Assembly: GCA_002292895.1 (NCBI GenBank)
Contig: DBCE01000188.1
Span: 896-36,593, forward strand
Direction of reading: 5' to 3'
DNA: 35,698 nt
DNA from: Phycisphaerales bacterium UBA966
GTDB lineage: Bacteria; Planctomycetota; Phycisphaerae; Phycisphaerales; SM1A02
The notes beneath the pieces are model-generated. The model searched no databases and had not been told where the DNA came from. It was given only the letters and a program-made list of their open reading frames with translations. Position 1 is the stretch's first letter; the number at the start of each line of letters is the position of its first letter. This document shows, in pieces, positions 31,412 through 35,698 of the stretch. The position numbers were made by a program, and so were the translations under genes.

Positions 31412-31598
31412 CGATCTGGTGGTACACGGTTTCGCCGGTGCGCATGGTGCGACGGACGTAGGGCGCACACAGCCCGCACCCGGTTCCACACTTGAATTCC
31501 TGCTTGATATCAGCGAACGTTGCGCCCGGATGTGATTCCAGCCACCGCTTCACGGTGCTGAACTCCACCTTGTGACAGACGCATCGCTCAATACGCAC
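31377..31598 (-). CDS. BFD-like [2Fe-2S]-binding domain protein (73 aa)
   Basis: The Cys pattern is CVCHKV...KCGTGCGLC (CxC...CxxxCxxC), typical of BFD-like domains. The GTG start lies 3 nt after the stop of the DUF1559 gene. Confidence 0.65.
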   Translation of the reverse strand: MRIERCVCHKVEFSTVKRWLESHPGATFADIKQEFKCGTGCGLCAPYVRRTMRTGETVYHQIVTERDEPLRSE

Positions 31599-31601
31599 GA
31601 A

Positions 31602-32402
31602 TCAATCGCCTCCATACGCAGCATCGGTTGAAGACAGGAATCCGTTGTCTGGGAATCCCATGACCCATGTTGCCATGGTCGGTGGAATGTTCGGGCTTGA
31701 TTGCGGATCAGCGTAGGTACCAATGTGACCATCAAGGTGCGCGCAACAGGTGCATCCGCCCCAGTGTCGAAACGCTTGTGTCCCTGCCGCAACAAGACCC
31801 AGATCGCCCTCGGCGCGATTCATGGGCGCGCGCATGAATTTGTTTGCACCGCCGCGCCATCCGCCATCACCAAAGACGGCGGTTCCGGAAGGGTCACGGA
31901 TCGCCGTTGGCGGAACGCCCATGCGCGCGGTACGCCATCCGTCAAGCGCATTGCCGCTTGGGTCCACCGTTGGATAGGTGCCTTCGTGCCCAAGGTAACT
32001 GGTGTTGTAGTTGTAGCCCGTATACGGGTCCGCACCGAACGTCGATGCGCCCTCAAAGTCAGGGCATTGCTGCACCGCCAGCGGCGTATCCGTGTAGTCC
32101 CACAGTGGCCCGGGTGTGACAGCGCCGGCGCGTTGCTCAAAGTCCCACGCGATGGTTCGGACCACGCCGGTGTCAAGGACGTAGAGGACCGCCGCAGGCA
32201 TGGCGCCATTGGAGGAAACGTAGGCCTCACACGCGACGGAAATCTGCCGCAAGTTGGAAGTACATGCAGTGCTGCGTGCAATTCCAGAAGCAGATCGAAG
32301 CCCGGGCAATAGCACCGCGATGAGTATGGCGATCACCGCCACGACGACCAAGAGTTCAACAATGGTGAACGCGCGGCGCGGATGTGCGTTGCCGTGTGTC
32401 AT
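31602..32402 (-). CDS. Prepilin-type N-terminal cleavage/methylation domain protein, DUF1559 (H-X9-DG-like) family
   Basis: The N-terminus RRAFTIVELLVVVAVIAILIAVLLPGL is a class III signal. The C-terminal segment is FRHWGGCTCCAHLDGH. The ATG at 32402 overlaps the upstream stop (ATGA). Confidence 0.85.
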   Translation of the reverse strand: MTHGNAHPRRAFTIVELLVVVAVIAILIAVLLPGLRSASGIARSTACTSNLRQISVACEAYVSSNGAMPAAVLYVLDTGVVRTIAWDFEQRAGAVTPGPLWDYTDTPLAVQQCPDFEGASTFGADPYTGYNYNTSYLGHEGTYPTVDPSGNALDGWRTARMGVPPTAIRDPSGTAVFGDGGWRGGANKFMRAPMNRAEGDLGLVAAGTQAFRHWGGCTCCAHLDGHIGTYADPQSSPNIPPTMATWVMGFPDNGFLSSTDAAYGGD

Positions 32403-33337
32403 GACCAATTCCCCAGCATGATGCCAAGGTCGTTGCCGCCCACGTTGCCGTCGTTATTCATATCGCCTGGGCAATCAGCGCACGGCCCCCATGTTCCGAG
32501 CAGCATTCCAAGGTCAATGCCGTTGACTCGGTTGTCATTGTTCAGATCGCCCATCAGACGTGTTGCATGTACGGCAACCACCGCGTCCACCTCCGGAACG
32601 CTGGCGGCGTCCACTGCAACGCGAATGCGGATGAAGCGTGCTGCAGCAATTCCAGCATCAGCAAGGTCAATGCGTGTTCCGCCTGCGGAGTTGCCGTACA
32701 GCGCAAGGAGTTCTTGCCAACTCAGTCCAGCAATGGAATCTGCGGTGATTTGCGGGTCAATCGGCAGCGCAGGATCCGTCGGCAGCGTGCCGGGTGCAGT
32801 GGAGTAGGGCGCAACATCGGTCCAGCCCAGCGTGGGAAGTCCGCCGTCTGCGATCGCGTTCGGAACGGCGAACCACGTGACGCCATCGATACTGAGGTCG
32901 ATCGATCCGCCTTCTGTAAACACCCAACCCGCAACGCCGCCGGGGTAGCCAATGTCTCCGCACATTGCGTTGCCATAGACAATGAGATCCACTCCGAACG
33001 GGTGTGATGCATCATCAACAATCGGTTCTTCAAATGCGATCACCAGTTCGCCACCTCTGCCGATCGACACAATCTCCGACGGCATGAAAGCGGGACGGAA
33101 CGGAGTCACTGCGCCCGGTTCCATTCCAACGCCCGTGAATCGTGTGGGAGGTCCAAGTGCGCTGGCCGGATTTTGGTACGAGCCGCCCGCGCCGCTTCCC
33201 GCGGTGTAGCGAACAACGGTGGTTGCGCAACGCGGCGTATCGGCAACGGATGTCATGCTGGCAATCGCTACGCTGACACACGCCGCGATCATGCGCGTGT
33301 GCATGCCATCCATGGCATGTGCAGGGGTGAATTCCAT
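32399..33337 (-). CDS. Secreted hypothetical protein with C-terminal dockerin-like (EF-hand-like) repeats
   Basis: It has a signal-like N-terminus (MHTRMIAACVSVAIASMTSVA). Two DxNxDxxVNxxDL-type repeats are present (GDLNNDNRVNGIDLGMLLGTWG and GDMNNDGNVGGNDLGIMLGNW). Possible starts are 33337, 33313 and 33304. Confidence 0.7.
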   Translation of the reverse strand: MEFTPAHAMDGMHTRMIAACVSVAIASMTSVADTPRCATTVVRYTAGSGAGGSYQNPASALGPPTRFTGVGMEPGAVTPFRPAFMPSEIVSIGRGGELVIAFEEPIVDDASHPFGVDLIVYGNAMCGDIGYPGGVAGWVFTEGGSIDLSIDGVTWFAVPNAIADGGLPTLGWTDVAPYSTAPGTLPTDPALPIDPQITADSIAGLSWQELLALYGNSAGGTRIDLADAGIAAARFIRIRVAVDAASVPEVDAVVAVHATRLMGDLNNDNRVNGIDLGMLLGTWGPCADCPGDMNNDGNVGGNDLGIMLGNWS

Positions 33338-33417
33338 ACTGGCCTAGCTCAGCCGCGCCTGCGGCCGTAAATGGTCCATCCGGTCTTAAGCCCAAATCGC
33401 GTGGGCGTGACCGATGC

Positions 33418-33575
33418 GCAGGCCGGTCTTCCGGCTAAGGGCTCCGGCTCCGCCTTCCCAGTCCAGCGCGTTGCACGCGGGACCAGTGGCTCATGGAGTC
33501 CGGCTGCGGGAGTGCCCGCTGCCCATTCACGGCGGCGCGTCCGCGGCGGTCTTTCACCGCCTTCCCGAGCCGGAA
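33418..33575 (-). promoter_or_regulatory. Cobalamin (AdoCbl-type) riboswitch aptamer in the 5' leader of the 33337..31377 operon
   Basis: Conserved blocks occur in the canonical order on the minus strand. They are GGGAAGGCGGUGAAAGACCGCC, GCGGACGCGCCGCCGUGAA, GCCACUGG-hairpin-CUGGGAAGGC, and the B12 box AGCCGGAAGACCGGCC (plus 33421-33436). UUCCGGCU just 5' of GGGAA is complementary to AGCCGGAA in the B12 box. Confidence 0.8.
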
Positions 33576-33618
33576 ATCGTGCATTTGGACGGACCTGTCC
33601 AAATGCGCCAGTTTCCGG
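33570..33618. repeat. Nested inverted repeat (extended hairpin or operator) abutting the riboswitch
   Basis: The outer arms are CCGGAAA (33570-33576) and TTTCCGG (33612-33618). The inner arms form a perfect 10-bp repeat, GCATTTGGAC (33581-33590) and GTCCAAATGC (33597-33606). Confidence 0.6.
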
Positions 33619-33698
33619 CCTTCCGCAGCCACGGGGCTGCGAACGCCTGCGCAAGGTCGAGTGTAGCCGCTGCGGCGGGCAGCGTCCCGAAACTTTCA

Positions 33699-33728
33699 TT
33701 GACACCACACCGTCCGGTGGCGTAGATT
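33699..33728 (+). promoter_or_regulatory. Sigma-70-like promoter candidate for the gene starting at 33903
   Basis: The pattern is TTGACA (33699-33704), an 18-nt spacer, then TAGATT (33723-33728). This implies a 5' UTR of about 165 nt. It is a sequence match only. Confidence 0.35.
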
Positions 33729-33902
33729 CGCGACCCTTCCCGGGCATCCGGAAGGGGTTCGGCTGCGTAGCCCTCCACCGAAGGATCGGTGGGGCCACCG
33801 GCCTTCCGCCCTCCGTCTGCCCCGTTCAGCCATCCTGGCTGGGCGCCGTTTGTACCGAGCTTCCCCGTTTGGCGGGGAGGCGCTCCGAATTGAGGTCCAG
33901 AA

Positions 33903-35698
33903 GTGCACGTCCTGAAGCGTTCGCAGCTGATTCTCCCGCTCGCACTCGTTGCCATCACTGGCGGCTTTACGCTGCCTGCCATGGCGCAGGATGGCGCGGC
34001 TCCGGCTGCTGCTCAGCCTGAGTCTGGTGCGGATCGCACCAAGCTCATCGAAGCGGCTTCGCTCTATGTGCACAACGTCATGATTGCCAAGCCCGAGGGC
34101 GCGACCGCCGCGGCCAATGTGTTGCTTGCTGACTCCGTGGAGCCAAGCGAACTGGCCATGGTGATCGACAGCGCCGACCTTGGTAAGCGCATGGACGAAG
34201 CGTTCCGTCGCAGCCGTCGGATGGCCGATGTCGCCGATGCCTCCGCTGCACTGGAAACCAAACTTGAAGCAGGGCGTCAGTTGCTCGCGCGCAAGATTGA
34301 TCGCATTGAAGAAGCCGTCAAGATGCTGGTTGGACCGATGCGCGGTCAGATGATCGCCACCGATCGATTGATGGCTGCTGGTGAGTACGCCACCCCCGCG
34401 CTCATGCGTCAAGTGGTTGAAGGCCGTGATCTTGGGCTCGAAGCCGCATCCATGCGCATGCTGGTGCAGATGCGCCGTCAGTCAGCGCTGCCGTTGGCAC
34501 TTGCAGTGAAGTCACTCGATCCAGCCGCGCAGCGCAAGATCTGCGTGATCTTGGGTCAGCTTGGCTATCCGGTATCGGTTCCAGTTCTCTTGGATTTGGC
34601 ACAAACGAAGGGTGTAACGCCAGATGTCAGTGGTGCTGCCATGGACGCCGTCCGCGCGCTCGGCGCCACTGATCAGCCTGCCCACAAGGCGTATGCAGAG
34701 CAGGCCTATGCGTTCCTCACTGCCGATCCATCACTCGCTGCGTATCCCTCCGAGTCAATGCAGAACGTCTGGAAGTGGACGGAGTTTGGCGGCCTGGCTG
34801 CGGACCGCATTTCTACCAAGGTTTACTATGACGCCATGGCGATGATGCTTTCGCGCCGCGCGCTTGAACTTGATGCAAGCGATGACCGTGCGTTGGCAAT
34901 CTTTGTTGCCGCTGACTTGCGTCGCGAAGCCGCGATGACCGACGGCGTGATCGATCCGCTCTTTGATGGTCAAGGTCGGTCCGCGCAGTTCTATGCAACC
35001 ACTGCTGGTCCGCAGACGATGCAGGCCGTATTGCAGATCGGTATGGATTTGTCGGACACTGGTCTGGTGCGTTCGTCGCTTGCTGCGCTTCGTGAGACAG
35101 CCAGCGCATCCGCCATGATTGGCGATGGTTCAACATCGGTAGTGAAGGCGCTGGATTACGCGGATCGTCGCGTGCAGTTTGAGGCGGCGTTCACGCTCGC
35201 TTCGATTACACCGAAGGCTTCGTTTGCAGGGAGCGAGCAAGTTGTTCCGCTGCTTGCGCAGGCCATTCGTGGCGGCAACGAAACCTACGCAGGCGTGATT
35301 AGCCGCGGTACCGAGGATGCGCAACGCATCGCGGGCGCTCTGCGCACCCTGGGCTTCATGCCGTTGACGACCGCAAGTGACGCCAAGGAATTTGGGGCGA
35401 TCGCAGCGCGCAATGCGGGCGCGGACATCGTGGTGATTGCTGGAAACGGCGCGCAGGTGCGTTCGCAGTACCAGGCTGTTCGTGCGATGCGTATCGGTGC
35501 GAACATCCCGGTCATTGTGGTGGCGCAGCCCGCTGACAAGGCTGGGCTCGACAAGCTTGCTGATGACGGTCGTACCGTGGTCCTCGGCGCTGACATTTCC
35601 GATGATGCATTCAAGGCCGGCGCAGACGCGTTGGTTGCCAAGGCACTCGGTGGTCGATTGGGCGCTGCGGACAGTTCGCGTTACGTGAACGACGGAAT
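33903..35698 (+). CDS. Secreted alpha-helical (HEAT/ARM-like) repeat protein. The 3' end runs off the window, so it is absent from the ORF track.
   Basis: My own translation from the GTG at 33903 (GAGG lies 8 nt upstream, with an in-frame TGA at 33891) gives VHVLKRSQLILPLALVAITGGFTLPAMAQD, a signal peptide. About 570 further codons follow without a stop, to 35698. HEAT-like segments include ATPALMRQVVEG...ALPLALAVKSLDPAAQRKICVILGQLGYPVSVPVLLDL. Confidence 0.75.
   Translation, partial: MHVLKRSQLILPLALVAITGGFTLPAMAQDGAAPAAAQPESGADRTKLIEAASLYVHNVMIAKPEGATAAANVLLADSVEPSELAMVIDSADLGKRMDEAFRRSRRMADVADASAALETKLEAGRQLLARKIDRIEEAVKMLVGPMRGQMIATDRLMAAGEYATPALMRQVVEGRDLGLEAASMRMLVQMRRQSALPLALAVKSLDPAAQRKICVILGQLGYPVSVPVLLDLAQTKGVTPDVSGAAMDAVRALGATDQPAHKAYAEQAYAFLTADPSLAAYPSESMQNVWKWTEFGGLAADRISTKVYYDAMAMMLSRRALELDASDDRALAIFVAADLRREAAMTDGVIDPLFDGQGRSAQFYATTAGPQTMQAVLQIGMDLSDTGLVRSSLAALRETASASAMIGDGSTSVVKALDYADRRVQFEAAFTLASITPKASFAGSEQVVPLLAQAIRGGNETYAGVISRGTEDAQRIAGALRTLGFMPLTTASDAKEFGAIAARNAGADIVVIAGNGAQVRSQYQAVRAMRIGANIPVIVVAQPADKAGLDKLADDGRTVVLGADISDDAFKAGADALVAKALGGRLGAADSSRYVNDG

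Noticed and set aside
33338-33902. RNase P RNA (rnpB), tmRNA or SRP RNA as an explanation for the large non-coding gap
   Set aside because: On the minus strand, GGCGGAAGGCCGG and GAAGACCGGCCU superficially resemble RNase P CR-I (GAGGAAAGUCCGGGC) and CR-V (ACAGAACCCGGCUUA), and they could pair. However, the universally conserved AAAGU with its bulged U is missing, and there is no GGUAAGAGCGCACC-like block. The second motif is better explained as a B12 box within a complete cobalamin aptamer. There is no tmRNA 5'/3' tRNA-like end or tag ORF, and no SRP domain IV motif.

Overview
This is a high-GC (about 60%) bacterial chromosomal window. It is most likely from Planctomycetota, judged by a DUF1559/H-X9-DG prepilin-like protein, a dockerin-like secreted protein and many tightly overlapping gene junctions. 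I support about 34 protein genes and 2 tRNAs, and nearly all are housekeeping. They include ilvC (cut by the left edge and missing from the ORF track), a PilZ protein, rnc, aroK and rpmH. A complete co-oriented phoB-phoR-pstS-pstC-pstA-pstB-phoU block follows, then anmK, a UDP-glucuronate decarboxylase, recA, tsaD, an S41 peptidase and hflX. The rest are tRNA-Phe, a carbon-nitrogen hydrolase, tRNA-His, pckA, ilvA, an HTH-receiver regulator, nadE, a metallophosphoesterase and mutL. I found no CRISPR array, IS element, integrase or recognisable defence genes. The one region not explained by ordinary coding is the 565-nt gap at 33338-33902. Its minus strand carries a clear cobalamin (B12) riboswitch: GGGAAGGCGGUGAAAGACCGCC, then GCCACUGG...GGGAAGGC, then the B12 box AGCCGGAAGACCGGCC. 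It sits about 85 nt upstream of a tightly packed three-gene operon with no known B12 function: a secreted dockerin-like protein, a DUF1559 pseudopilin-like protein and a BFD-like [2Fe-2S] protein. This is my best candidate for an undescribed B12-responsive system. About 300 nt of hairpin-dense sequence upstream of the aptamer remains unexplained. A second edge-truncated ORF (33903 to the right edge, a secreted helical-repeat protein) is also missing from the ORF track. The many long antisense ORFs are high-GC shadow frames and were rejected.
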